From the NCBI GenBank assembly GCA_965238225.1, contig OZ250183.1, positions 608,001-672,000 of the forward strand: a stretch of 64,000 nucleotides of DNA. The letters are read 5' to 3'. Positions 1 through 10,257 of the stretch are shown here, one piece after another. The notes under the pieces were generated by a model, which made no database searches, was not told where the DNA came from, and worked only from the letters and a program-made list of their open reading frames with translations. The DNA is from Gammaproteobacteria bacterium (GTDB lineage: Bacteria > Pseudomonadota > Gammaproteobacteria > Eutrophobiales > Eutrophobiaceae). Made by a program: the position numbers and the translations under genes. The first letter of the stretch is position 1. The number at the start of each line of letters is the position of its first letter.

Positions 1-1091
1 TTAAAGAGGAGTAATACTCGAATGACTTTTACACCGCCACAAGTAGACCCCGCACAAGCGCCAATAAAACTTGCAAAAAGCAATAGCACGGGCAGGAAAT
101 TTGGCCAGTTTTGATATTGAGCTGTGGTGAACCCTGTGGTTGTCGTAATCGAGACACTTTGAAAGATTGCATCTACGATCATTGTCGACACGTCTGTATA
201 ATCTGAAGTCAATGCCATGTAGATGCAGCAGATAAGACAGATTGCCCCCAAAATGCCAAGATATGCCTTGAACTCCGTATCCTGCCAATAGGACAGTATA
301 TTATTATTGCGCCAAGCAAAAAAATGCAGGGAGAAATTAATTCCTGAAATCAGCATAAAAATGATGGCTATCATGTTAATCCATTTGTTGTTGAAGTAGC
401 CTATACTTGCGTCATGCGTAGAGAATCCACCAATGGATACCGTTGAAAAGCTATGACTGATGGCATCAAAAAAAGGCATGCCAACCAACCAGTAACACAG
501 ACAGCAAACAACGGTTAATCCAAGATAAATATACCAAAGCGCCTTTGCAGTTTCGGTTATTCTTGGCGTTAGTTTTGAATCTTTCATTGGCCCGGGTGTT
601 TCAGCGCGGTATAACTGCATACCACCAATACCCAAAATGGGCAATATCGCAACAGCAAGAACGATAATACCCATACCACCCAACCATTGTAGTTCCTGTC
701 GATAGAACAATATCGATTTTGGTAATTCATCAATGCCGGTGATGATGGTCGCGCCTGTTGTGGTTAAGCCTGATATGGATTCGAATACTGCATCGGTAAA
801 ACTTAGATGTGGTGTTTCTAATAAGACAAATGGAATTGCGCCCGTAAAGCCGAGACCTGCCCAAAACAGCACAACAACGACATAGCCATCTCTGAGTTTT
901 AATTCATTACGAATATTTCTGACTGGTAGCCAGAGGAATACACCAGTGGAGATGGTAAGAAAAAAAGCAATCAGGAAGCAATGTAAGCTATTATCATTAC
1001 TCCACCATGCAATGGTCATAGGGGGCAATAATGTCAGGCTAAACAGGCCAAGCAATATTCCCAGTATTCGTTGAACGATTGCATGTTGCAT
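1..1091 (-). CDS. trkH: Trk potassium uptake permease TrkH (3' end runs off window)
   Basis: Not in ORF track. Hand translation from ATG at 1091: MQHAIVQRILG...FESISGLTTTGAT...QWLGGMGIIVLAVAILP...QLYRAETPGP, typical TrkH pore motifs; follows trkA. Confidence 0.95.
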   Translation of the reverse strand, partial: MQHAIVQRILGILLGLFSLTLLPPMTIAWWSNDNSLHCFLIAFFLTISTGVFLWLPVRNIRNELKLRDGYVVVVLFWAGLGFTGAIPFVLLETPHLSFTDAVFESISGLTTTGATIITGIDELPKSILFYRQELQWLGGMGIIVLAVAILPILGIGGMQLYRAETPGPMKDSKLTPRITETAKALWYIYLGLTVVCCLCYWLVGMPFFDAISHSFSTVSIGGFSTHDASIGYFNNKWINMIAIIFMLISGINFSLHFFAWRNNNILSYWQDTEFKAYLGILGAICLICCIYMALTSDYTDVSTMIVDAIFQSVSITTTTGFTTAQYQNWPNFLPVLLLFASFIGACAGSTCGGVKVIRVLLLF

Positions 1092-1116
1092 TGTGTTTTT
1101 TCTAAGCAAAAGAAGT

Positions 1117-2490
1117 TTATAGAAAATTAATGCCAACCTGAAATAAACGTTCAATTCCAGGCATTTGTTTCTTGTCTGCCACCAATAATATGATATGGTC
1201 TTCGGCCTCTATGAGGGTATTATGATGGGCAAGGATAACCGTATCCCCTCGAACCAGCGCTCCAATACTTGTTCCTTGTGGCAAATCAACTTCTTCAATC
1301 ATGCGGCCAACAACTTTGGACGAATCCTTGTTGCCGTGCGCAATAGCCTCGATCGCTTCAGCTTCTCCTCTCCTTAAGGAATGGACAGCAACAACATCGC
1401 CTTTTCTGATGTGGGTCAGAAGTGTGCCAATCGTTTCCTGTTGTGGAGATATGGCAATATCGATGACATTATTTTGAATCAAACCGATATATTCAGTACG
1501 GCTGATGAGCGCTATTACTTTACGTGCGCCAAGGCGTTTGGATAGCATGGATGAAATAATATTTACTTCGTCCGTATTGGTTAACGCACAGAAGATATCT
1601 GTATCATCAATGTTTTCTTCTCTGAGCAATTCTTCATTCATCGTATCGCCACGCAAGACAATTGTATTTTTCAATTGTTCGGCGGCATGTTGTGCGCGTT
1701 CGACATCTATTTCTATAAGTTTGACCTGATAATGCTGCTCTAATTTCTTTGCCAATCGTATACCAATGTTCTCGCCGCCTGATAGAATAATGCGTTTCAC
1801 TTCTCTTTTTGTGCTACGCAGGCTATGAACTAGGGCGCGTACATGCACGGGTGTGCCGATAAAAAAAAGTTCATCATCGGGTTCAATGATGGTTTTCCCC
1901 TCTGGAATAATCGCCTTACCTTGACGAAACAAAATGGCAATGCGATAGTCATGTTCTGGTAAATATTTACCCACATCACCTGCCTGATGTCCGACCAGAG
2001 AGCCACTATATCCAGCTCGCACTGCAACCATTTGTGCCTTGCCATTAGCAAAATCCAGAACCTGCAATGCTCTTGGGTAGTTAATCAGACGTTCTATATG
2101 TTCGGTGACTAATTGTTCGGGGCTAATCAGCACATCGATGGGTAATGCTTCTTGAGCAAACAACGCTATTTTTGATAGGTATTCTGTATTTCTTACGCGT
2201 GCTATTTTTGTGGGAGTATGAAATAAAGTATAGGCTACCTGACAAGCGATCATGTTAATTTCATCGCTATTTGTCACAGCAAGTATCATATCTGCATCTT
2301 TGGCGCCTGCTTGTTCAAGCGTGGAAGGGTGGGATGCGCCCCCTACGATTGTCTGTAAATCATATCGTTCACTTAGGCTCGTTAGGTATTTTGGGTTTAT
2401 ATCAACGACGGTGATATCATTTGCTTCACCGACGAGATTTCTCGCTACTGAGCAACCAACTTGACCCGCACCCAGAATAATTATTTTCAT
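1117..2490 (-). CDS. trkA: Trk potassium uptake NAD-binding subunit TrkA
   Basis: MKIIILGAGQVG start, two RCK domains, 457 aa. Confidence 0.97.
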   Translation of the reverse strand: MKIIILGAGQVGCSVARNLVGEANDITVVDINPKYLTSLSERYDLQTIVGGASHPSTLEQAGAKDADMILAVTNSDEINMIACQVAYTLFHTPTKIARVRNTEYLSKIALFAQEALPIDVLISPEQLVTEHIERLINYPRALQVLDFANGKAQMVAVRAGYSGSLVGHQAGDVGKYLPEHDYRIAILFRQGKAIIPEGKTIIEPDDELFFIGTPVHVRALVHSLRSTKREVKRIILSGGENIGIRLAKKLEQHYQVKLIEIDVERAQHAAEQLKNTIVLRGDTMNEELLREENIDDTDIFCALTNTDEVNIISSMLSKRLGARKVIALISRTEYIGLIQNNVIDIAISPQQETIGTLLTHIRKGDVVAVHSLRRGEAEAIEAIAHGNKDSSKVVGRMIEEVDLPQGTSIGALVRGDTVILAHHNTLIEAEDHIILLVADKKQMPGIERLFQVGINFL

Positions 2491-2618
2491 AATTTGTATT
2501 CTGCAGAATGAATCATTAATTTAGTCTTCATATTTTAATTCATATAAATGTCTGATGGCTCAGAAATACTCGTTACGTAAATTTTTGCACTTAACCAGAC
2601 TCGTCATAATCTTCCAAT

Positions 2619-3989
2619 CTATTTTGAACCTAGATTTTTAATTGCAATGCCGAGTGATTTTATCTTGCGATAGAGATGCGTTCTTTCCATACCGATTACT
2701 TCGGCTACTTTGCCGACATTGCCTCCATAAATAGTAAGTTTATGCAATAAGTATTCTTTTTCAAACAGTTCTCTTGCTGCGCGTAGTGGCATGTCAAAAT
2801 TAGCTATAAAATTCTGTTCATCAGCAAGTTCTGCCATCTTGTTTTGTGTTATATCCAGATCCCTTGTATTAATATTTTCTCCGCTGCCAAGAATAAGTAG
2901 TCTTTGTACCATATTCTTTAGTTCCCTGACATTGCCTGGCCATGAATAGCTTTGTAGCTGGTTTTGTGCTGCGATGGTGAAATGTCGATAGGTTAAACCT
3001 TCTTGTTCAGCAAAAAAACTAGTATAGAACTCAAGTAATTCCGGAATGTCTTCAGTATGCTCATATAATGGCGGTACATGGATAGGCAGGATATTTAATT
3101 GATAGTAAAGATCGTCTCGAAAGCGTCCAGCATTGACAAGTTTAAGGAGGTCATGACTGGTCGCAGCAATAATGCGTATATCAAAGGTTTTAGTTCGCGT
3201 GCTTCCAACGCGTGTGAAATATTTATTGTCCAGAGTATTCTGAAGTTTTGCTTGTAAAGAAAGATTCATATCCGCTATATCCTTGAGAAACAAGGTACCG
3301 CACTCTGCTTGTTCAAAAAAACCTTTTCTGTTTATATCGGCCTCCTCGCTGCCAAAAAATTCCATTAGAAAATTATCTGAGGATAAGGCTGATATTCCGA
3401 CGCTGATAAATGCTTCCTCAGATATGGAACTTTGATTGTGTAGATGGCGTGCAAAAAGTTCTTTGTCTGTGCCTGATTGTCCGGTAATTAATACAGGTGT
3501 AGTGTGATTGGCTATTTGTGAAATATGGGCTCTTAGATTTCTCATGATTTTGCTTTTGCCAATAGGCGTTTCTACACGTGTATTGTAGTTTCTAAGGCGA
3601 GTGTTTTCCCTTTGTAGAGATGTATTATCAAGAGCATGTTTTACTGTTAATACTAACTTGGCAAGTGAGAGTGGTTTTTCGATAAAGTCATAAGCGCCCA
3701 AACGAGTTGCTTCGACGGCAGTTTCAACTGTACCATGTCCGGTAATTATAATTACCGGCACATTCATTTGGTTTGATTTACGCCATTGTTTAAGCAAGGT
3801 GATGCCATCAATATTGGGCATCCAAATATCAAGTAAAATTAGATCAGGCTCAAATTCTTTGCGAATTTTATTAGCTTGATCCGCATCTTCTGCAACTACA
3901 ACTTCAAAGGTTTCGTCTTCAAGTATTTCCTTAATCAGATTTCTTATGTCTGGTTCATCATCTACTACTAGAATTTTGCTAGCCATCAT
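2619..3989 (-). CDS. ntrX: NtrX-type response regulator (REC-AAA+-Fis HTH)
   Basis: ILVVDDE, LLDIWMP, WPGNVRELKN, GMERTHLYRK; no GAFTGA loop; lies between ntrY and trkA. Confidence 0.85.
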   Translation of the reverse strand: MMASKILVVDDEPDIRNLIKEILEDETFEVVVAEDADQANKIRKEFEPDLILLDIWMPNIDGITLLKQWRKSNQMNVPVIIITGHGTVETAVEATRLGAYDFIEKPLSLAKLVLTVKHALDNTSLQRENTRLRNYNTRVETPIGKSKIMRNLRAHISQIANHTTPVLITGQSGTDKELFARHLHNQSSISEEAFISVGISALSSDNFLMEFFGSEEADINRKGFFEQAECGTLFLKDIADMNLSLQAKLQNTLDNKYFTRVGSTRTKTFDIRIIAATSHDLLKLVNAGRFRDDLYYQLNILPIHVPPLYEHTEDIPELLEFYTSFFAEQEGLTYRHFTIAAQNQLQSYSWPGNVRELKNMVQRLLILGSGENINTRDLDITQNKMAELADEQNFIANFDMPLRAARELFEKEYLLHKLTIYGGNVGKVAEVIGMERTHLYRKIKSLGIAIKNLGSK

Positions 3990-6187
3990 AAACTCATTCC
4001 TGTTTTGTTCTTGGCGCTGTCATCTTGTGTTTGTATGACAGGCAATCTTATTATCGCACTTGCACCAAGTTTGTTACGATTATTTTCCATCCAGACAACG
4101 CCATTATGCTCTTCAATAATTTTCTTTACGATAGCAAGACCTAGCCCCGCGCCTTTTGTTTTAGTGGTCACATAAGGTTCAAAAATATACCCCATAATAT
4201 TTTTTTCGATACCAGGCCCAGAATCACTGATCAGAATTTCTACATACTCGGCGCCAGTTTTTTTAATGCGCTGAGTAGTAACACTTAATACCGAGTCTGT
4301 ATTATTTTTGCAAGCATCAAAAGCATTTCTTAATAGATTATTAAAAACTTGTCTGAGCTTATTCATGTCAGCATTAACCATGGGTAAACCAGATTCAAGA
4401 TTTAGTGAAACTCCAATTTTTTGATTGAGGCTTGCAAATAGATCAAGGACTTCACTCATTAAGATATTGATATCTACAGTTTGTGTGCTTATCTCGGATG
4501 GTCTTGCATAGTCTGAAAAGGCATTAACCATCTCCTGCATACTTTCCACCTGTTGTATTATGGTATTTGTCAGTCGATCAAGCACATCTATATCTGACTT
4601 ATTCATGCTATGAAGATATTTGTGGCGGAGTCTTTCAGCCGCAAGCTGAATTGGCGTTAATGGATTTTTAATTTCATGCGCAAGTCGTCGTGCCATTTCA
4701 CTCCATACAGCATCTTTCTGTCCTTGCATTAGGTCGGTTATGTCGTCGAAGACAATAATACAACCATCATTATCATCTTTAGTAACGGAATGTGGTGTAC
4801 CGCTACACATCAAAATTTGTCTCCCGCTATTTCCAAAAAGCGTGATTTGTTCGCGCCAATCCAGTTTTGTATTATCGTGGGAGAGGATGGTGTCTCGCAT
4901 GGGCTCAAGATGATGATAATCCAGACAAATTTTCTCCAGAGACTCGCCAGTCATCGCATTAGCGGGCATTCCTAAAATTTTCCCCGCACTAACATTAGAT
5001 GTACGTAATATCTTATTTCTATCAAACACCAATACGCCTGAAGAGAGCCTTCCAAGGACAGCTTCAAGATAAGCTTGTTGTGTTTCTGCTTCATGTCGAC
5101 TGTGACTCGCAGCCTCCCGCGCTTGCGCAATTCTTTGTGTCATTTCGTTAAAAGATCCCACCAGAAATCCAAGCTCATCGTTACTGGTTACTGGTATTTG
5201 GGCATGGTAATTACCCTTAGAAATTGCTTTGGTTCCTTCTACCATATCTCTTATAGGGGCAACGTGTCTTTTGGAAAAATAAATTGCAGCCCAGACTGTT
5301 GCAAAGAGACTGAATAAAAGAACCAGAGTCAAAACTAGAATAAAACTGAGTTTAAGTTGTTCCCGAAGATAAGAGAGCTCCTTGTATTTTATATATGAGG
5401 TTTGAATGCTGTTGGTCAGCATGTTTATTTTCTTTGAGGTAGGGTAGAGTGCTTGGATAATCCTTGAATTATCAGTTACGCTCACATCAGGCACATTTAC
5501 GACCACGCGGATATGTAAGCCTGTTGTAATTGTATTGTCGATTCCTGTGTAGCTGCTACCTTGTTGAAGTTGCAATAAAATAATATCACTTGGTCTGTTA
5601 GGTATAATGCTCGTCGTATCCTCTGAGCTTGAGGCGATAACCCTGCCTTTTCTATTTAAAAGCGTTATTTCCTTGGCATTTGTACGGGCACGCAGTTCAT
5701 CAATTTCGAAAGGCATTTCCGTATCCGATATTCCGGATATTTTTTCTGCTATTTGATTTGTCTGCTTTAATAGTTCTCGCATACGGGCATCGAGAGAAAG
5801 CCGGCTCAGTTCAAGCGAATCATCCAATGCCTGTTCAACACGGAGATCAAACCAGCTATCAATACCACGATGCAAAAGATCCAGAGAAAAAAGATAAACG
5901 ATCAATACAGGAGTGACAGACAGCGCGGTAAACATAGCAATCATACGTACGGTCATTCGTGTTCCTGGGATTTGACTGCGGTGTTGATGTATTAGGTGTT
6001 TTAAATTTAAGAATACGAGCGTCACTAACAAACAAAGACCCATGGTGGTAAAGATTAATAGACCCGAATATAAGCGACTGAACTGTGATGAATCCCTTAG
6101 GGCATCACTCATCATGAGCATCGATGCGAGCATGAAAATAAATAAAAAGAGCCCACCGCAGAGAATCAATGTATTGGTTTTTCTCAT
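3986..6187 (-). CDS. ntrY: NtrY-type sensor histidine kinase (TM, HAMP, PAS, HisKA, HATPase)
   Basis: WSEMARRLAHEIKNPLTPIQL, DSGPG, GAGLGL; ATG at 6187 overlaps the upstream stop (TAATG), preferred over TTG at 6229. Confidence 0.88.
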   Translation of the reverse strand: MRKTNTLILCGGLFLFIFMLASMLMMSDALRDSSQFSRLYSGLLIFTTMGLCLLVTLVFLNLKHLIHQHRSQIPGTRMTVRMIAMFTALSVTPVLIVYLFSLDLLHRGIDSWFDLRVEQALDDSLELSRLSLDARMRELLKQTNQIAEKISGISDTEMPFEIDELRARTNAKEITLLNRKGRVIASSSEDTTSIIPNRPSDIILLQLQQGSSYTGIDNTITTGLHIRVVVNVPDVSVTDNSRIIQALYPTSKKINMLTNSIQTSYIKYKELSYLREQLKLSFILVLTLVLLFSLFATVWAAIYFSKRHVAPIRDMVEGTKAISKGNYHAQIPVTSNDELGFLVGSFNEMTQRIAQAREAASHSRHEAETQQAYLEAVLGRLSSGVLVFDRNKILRTSNVSAGKILGMPANAMTGESLEKICLDYHHLEPMRDTILSHDNTKLDWREQITLFGNSGRQILMCSGTPHSVTKDDNDGCIIVFDDITDLMQGQKDAVWSEMARRLAHEIKNPLTPIQLAAERLRHKYLHSMNKSDIDVLDRLTNTIIQQVESMQEMVNAFSDYARPSEISTQTVDINILMSEVLDLFASLNQKIGVSLNLESGLPMVNADMNKLRQVFNNLLRNAFDACKNNTDSVLSVTTQRIKKTGAEYVEILISDSGPGIEKNIMGYIFEPYVTTKTKGAGLGLAIVKKIIEEHNGVVWMENNRNKLGASAIIRLPVIQTQDDSAKNKTGMSL

Positions 6188-6762
6188 TATTTGATTGCCC
6201 ACTTGAACCATGGGCTTGATAGCTGCCAATCTGAGGAGACATAGGCTGATAGCCTTAATGGTGTTGGCAACGATTCTGTATTTAGGTTGGCACGTAGTAG
6301 CGCAGTATACATTTTACCCTGCTCTAGGACAGACAATTCTAAAAATGGATAATCGTTTATTGACCCTAGAAATTTGAGCGCATGATGAAAATTCTGAAAA
6401 TGACGTTTACTACCCGTATTCAGATTAGTCACGAGGTATTGTTCGTTGAGCGGGTGATATTCTAATCTTTGACTCAATATTTTTTTGCGAATACTTTTAT
6501 CCCATAGCCATTTTCTGGTTTGTTTGATTTGCATTTCTATATCAAGCTGTAATGCAACTCCGTGCTCAAGCGCTTTAAGGACTTCTTTGCTAAAACGAAA
6601 TTGTATATCAGCATTAAGCATATATTGAGTGCCCACTGAATTTAATTCTGCATTTTTAACAATAAACCCAAGTTTTGATTCTATAGGATTTAATTTTGCA
6701 TGGGGCGACAATGGCAGAAGGCATAGGCTTACTAGAGCAGAGCAGGCAATAAGCGTCTTCAA
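6187..6762 (-). CDS. DUF4390 family exported protein
   Basis: Signal-like N-terminus; ALEHGVAL, LEYHPLNEQY, LNTESLPTPL, WQLSSPW; conserved position between rsmB and ntrY. Start uncertain (TTG 6762 or ATG 6798). Confidence 0.82.
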   Translation of the reverse strand: MKTLIACSALVSLCLLPLSPHAKLNPIESKLGFIVKNAELNSVGTQYMLNADIQFRFSKEVLKALEHGVALQLDIEMQIKQTRKWLWDKSIRKKILSQRLEYHPLNEQYLVTNLNTGSKRHFQNFHHALKFLGSINDYPFLELSVLEQGKMYTALLRANLNTESLPTPLRLSAYVSSDWQLSSPWFKWAIK

Positions 6763-6763
6763 C

Positions 6764-7270
6764 TTAGGTTTTTTGCAATTGAGTATAATAAAATCCATCC
6801 ATTGCGTTATCACTAGGCAGTATCTGTCGATCATACTCTATAACTATGTCCCCAGTTTGCCCGTGTTGGTATTGAATAAGCGTTCTTATGCTTATTGGTG
6901 AAAACAGCAATTTGTTTGTTATTTTCTGCTTTAAATGTTGAGTAAGCAATACATAATAACTTGCCGCTTTCCTTTAATAATAACCATAAGCAATAATAAT
7001 CTGCGTCTCTGTAACTGTAACATTTTGGGTATCTTTAAGCTGCCTGTAAATATTTAATATCAGAATGTCTATAAATAACACCATAAGTACTGCCACGGTA
7101 CATCAACTAAAATTTGGTTAAAGAGCCGTTTTGTTAATCATCTACAGAACGCGCATTATTTTGTATCAGCGTTACTAAGACTAGGTCTGGAAAAATTAAA
7201 CAGTGTTTTTACGAGCGACAAGATGTGTCGAGATGATACCGCTTAGATTCAAATTTAAAAGCTACGCCTT
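6764..7270 (-). pseudogene. rsmB: Decayed 16S rRNA m5C967 methyltransferase RsmB (Sun/Fmu) remnant
   Basis: Fragments in shifting frames: FNQILVDVP/(C)STYGVIYRHSDIKYL, LWLLLKESGKLLCIAYSTFKAENNKQI, RQILPSDNAMDGFYYTQLQK*; sits in the usual rsmB slot after fmt. Confidence 0.9.
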
Positions 7271-7333
7271 AGAATATCTTTGCTGGAATTTTAGATGCGA
7301 CTCAATGGAGATTTTATTTTTTTGTTCTAATTG

Positions 7334-8293
7334 TTAGTGCAACCTTAACGAAGTATCATCAATAAAATGTGGATTACCGTTTAGAAAATCAGCCACAGAC
7401 ATGACACGTTTACTCGGTGGCTGTAACTGTAAAATTCTGAGCGTGCCATGACCTGTTGCAACATCAATACCCGTTTTGCTAACTCGAATAATTTCGCCTG
7501 CCAGCGCTATGGGTTTAGCATCAAGCACCTCTGCTTGCCATATTCGAAAGGTCAAGCCTTGTAGTTTTGTGTAACAAACCGGAGTAGGATTAAATGCCCG
7601 TATGGCACAGTGAATACCTGCAGCGGATTGCGTCCAATCAATCTTGGCTTCAGATTTTATGATTTTCTTGGCGTAACAGGCAGTGGATTCATCTTGGTTT
7701 ACAGGATTTAAATTGCCCAAGATTATTGCATCTAATATTTTAAGCAGACATTCACTGCCAATAGATGCCAATCTATCATGTAAATCAGCTGCTGTATCGG
7801 TGAGGCTGATTGGACATTTTTTTTGTAGTAATATGGATCCGGTATCTAGACCACTATCCATTTGCATGATAGTGATGCCTGTTTCATCATCCCCCGCTTG
7901 AATCGCACGTTGAATAGGCGCTGCGCCTCTCCATCTAGGCAGCAAGGAGGTATGTACATTAACACACCCGTATGCGGGCGCTTTCAGGATAGTCTCAGGC
8001 AACAACATTCCATAGGCAGCAACTATCATCAAATCCATCTTACAAATCCTGTGTTCCAGTGCGATTAATTCAGAGCTGGCAGGCTGCAAGATATCTAATC
8101 CATTTTCAAGAGCCAGTATTTTTACAGCACTCGCTGTAGGTTTACGTCCTCGGCCGGCAGGCTTATCGGGTCGGGTGAGCACTATTTTGATTCGGTGTTT
8201 CGATTTTTCTAGTAATGTACCTAATAAGGTTGCAGCCAGTTCAGGTGTGCCAGCAAAGGCCACACGTAATGCTTTCTGACGCAGGTTTTCCAT
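7334..8293 (-). CDS. fmt: Methionyl-tRNA formyltransferase
   Basis: FAGTPE, NVHTSLLPRWRGAAPIQRAI, MDSGLDTG. Confidence 0.97.
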   Translation of the reverse strand: MENLRQKALRVAFAGTPELAATLLGTLLEKSKHRIKIVLTRPDKPAGRGRKPTASAVKILALENGLDILQPASSELIALEHRICKMDLMIVAAYGMLLPETILKAPAYGCVNVHTSLLPRWRGAAPIQRAIQAGDDETGITIMQMDSGLDTGSILLQKKCPISLTDTAADLHDRLASIGSECLLKILDAIILGNLNPVNQDESTACYAKKIIKSEAKIDWTQSAAGIHCAIRAFNPTPVCYTKLQGLTFRIWQAEVLDAKPIALAGEIIRVSKTGIDVATGHGTLRILQLQPPSKRVMSVADFLNGNPHFIDDTSLRLH

Positions 8294-8326
8294 ATGCAGT
8301 TTTCTTACAGTGTAGTCTTTGTGAAT

Positions 8327-8836
8327 CTAGAGGATGGCTGTTTGAAATTTGTCTTGTTTTTCAAGCTTTTTACGTAAACGTTGTCTTTTCATGGGCAAGA
8401 GGTAATCAATGAATAACTTTCCATTAAGATGATCTATTTCATGTTGGATACAGATTGACAACAGATCCTCTGCTTCATTTTCAATTATTTTGCCATTCAA
8501 ATCTATATAACGATATTTAATTTTCATAGCACGTGTTACTGTAGCGAAATACTCAGGGACTGAAAGACAGCCCTCTTGACTTTTTGCCGTCCCTTCAGAA
8601 GACAAAATCTCCGGGTTAATCAAACACATAGATTCATTTTTTTCTGGTGAAATATCGATGACGACAAGGCGTTTCTGGATATTTACCTGTGTTGCGGCAA
8701 GACCAATACCCTGATTTTCATACATCGTTTCCAGCATATTTTTAGCCAATATTTGACAATTTTCATTGACTGCAAAAGGCAGCGCTTTTTTGCGCAGTCT
8801 GTTGTCAGGGAAACGCAAGATTTCCAATAGTGCCAC
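8327..8836 (-). CDS. def: Peptide deformylase
   Basis: GIGLAATQ, EGCLS, QHEIDHLNG motifs; GTG start. Confidence 0.98.
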   Translation of the reverse strand: MALLEILRFPDNRLRKKALPFAVNENCQILAKNMLETMYENQGIGLAATQVNIQKRLVVIDISPEKNESMCLINPEILSSEGTAKSQEGCLSVPEYFATVTRAMKIKYRYIDLNGKIIENEAEDLLSICIQHEIDHLNGKLFIDYLLPMKRQRLRKKLEKQDKFQTAIL

Positions 8837-8989
8837 AGATATTTTTACTCCTTTGCTTAGTAACTCACTGATAGTATACAGAAAAATGGCTTTTACGTCA
8901 TAAGCAGCTGAATAAATTGTAATCTTAAACTTATATTTTACGTTTTTTTTTGCTAATCTACATTAAATAACATATGTAAGGTAATAATC

Positions 8990-10054
8990 ATGTTTAAGAA
9001 AATCTATTTTTTGCTGCTGTGTCTATCGTTCACATCTATTTCGATTGCTGATACGGTAACGCTGCACCCTGATCGCCCTGACGAATATGTAGTCCAAAAA
9101 GGTGATACGCTTTGGGATATCTCAGCGCGATTTTTACAGGAGCCATGGCGCTGGCCAACTATCTGGAAAGGCAATCCGCAGATTGCTGATCCCCATCTTA
9201 TTTATCCAGGCAATATCATTTCTTTGTCTATGATAGATGGGCAACCAACCTTAGTTGTCGATAGTTCGGATATGGACGCGGATGATGATGACATAGTCGT
9301 TAATCGCAATTTCAAATTATCACCTGAAATACGATCTTACGAAAGAGACGACGCTATCTCGTCAATCCCTGTAAATGCCATACAGCAGTTTTTGACGAGA
9401 CCTTACGTCGTTTCTGAAGATGAGATGAATGATTGGCCTTATGTTGTCTCGGGTTATGGTGGGCGTTTGGTATCAAGTGTCGGCAATAAAATCTATGTGA
9501 AAGGTCTGTCTGAGGATTCCCCAGGGACACGTTATGCTGTATATCGAAAGGGTTCTGCATACATCAATCCACGCAAGGATAAAAACAGGGTTCTAGGTTA
9601 TGAGGCGATTTACTTAGGTGATGCTGTTGTTGAAAAAGGAGGTGATCCTGCTTCAGTGATTGTGACCTTGTCAAAACAGGAAATCCTCACTGGAGACAGG
9701 CTCGTTCTTGCCTCTGTTGAGGAGGCAAGCAGTGAGTACATTCCAAGTACACCAACTCAAAGTATTGATGCGAATATTGTGTCTGTCGTAAATGGTGTTG
9801 CTCAGATTGGACAGTATCAGGTCGTCGTCATCGACGTTGGTGACGGTGATGGTGTTGAGGTAGGTAGTGTTTTAGGCATCTACCGGAGCGGGAAAACCGT
9901 AAAGGATGAGACGAAAAAATCAGAGTCAGTTGCGCTTCCTGAAGAACATACTGGGGTTTTAATGGTGTTCCGTGCCTTTGAAAATGTCAGTTATGCCTTA
10001 GTGATGAAGGCAGCGGAGCCTATTCATGTGCTTGATAGTGTGAGAAATTTATAG
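8990..10054 (+). CDS. tsaP: LysM-domain exported protein, TsaP-like (type IV pilus secretin-associated)
   Basis: Signal peptide, YVVQKGDTLWDIS...WRWPTIW...NPQIADPHLIYPG; located between def and dprA, as Pseudomonas tsaP is. Confidence 0.8.
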   Translation: MFKKIYFLLLCLSFTSISIADTVTLHPDRPDEYVVQKGDTLWDISARFLQEPWRWPTIWKGNPQIADPHLIYPGNIISLSMIDGQPTLVVDSSDMDADDDDIVVNRNFKLSPEIRSYERDDAISSIPVNAIQQFLTRPYVVSEDEMNDWPYVVSGYGGRLVSSVGNKIYVKGLSEDSPGTRYAVYRKGSAYINPRKDKNRVLGYEAIYLGDAVVEKGGDPASVIVTLSKQEILTGDRLVLASVEEASSEYIPSTPTQSIDANIVSVVNGVAQIGQYQVVVIDVGDGDGVEVGSVLGIYRSGKTVKDETKKSESVALPEEHTGVLMVFRAFENVSYALVMKAAEPIHVLDSVRNL

Positions 10055-10056
10055 CC

Positions 10057-10078
10057 CTTAGAGCGCATGCGCTCTAAG
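10057..10078. repeat. Perfect 22-bp palindrome
   Basis: CTTAGAGCGCATGCGCTCTAAG is its own reverse complement; begins 3 nt after the LysM gene stop. Confidence 0.9.
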
Positions 10079-10257
10079 ACCGTCTCGAGTTGCTGTTGTT
10101 GGTTTTCTCGTTACATAAGTTTGTTTGACAATGAAATTGATGTTATACGTCTAGTTACAATGTAAGTATGTTGAAAATAATTTTGATGAAGATTAAAATT
10201 TAATTGCATTATTAGAATGCCTGTTAGCAAATCATAGAACTGAAAATGTAGATCAGG

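Noticed and set aside
1-288. 95-aa minus-strand ORF
   Set aside because: Alternative frame inside trkH, whose true frame starts at 1091 and runs off the window
6764-6949. 61-aa ORF as a novel small protein
   Set aside because: Its C-terminus is the RsmB tail and its N-terminus is an off-frame reading of the pseudogene
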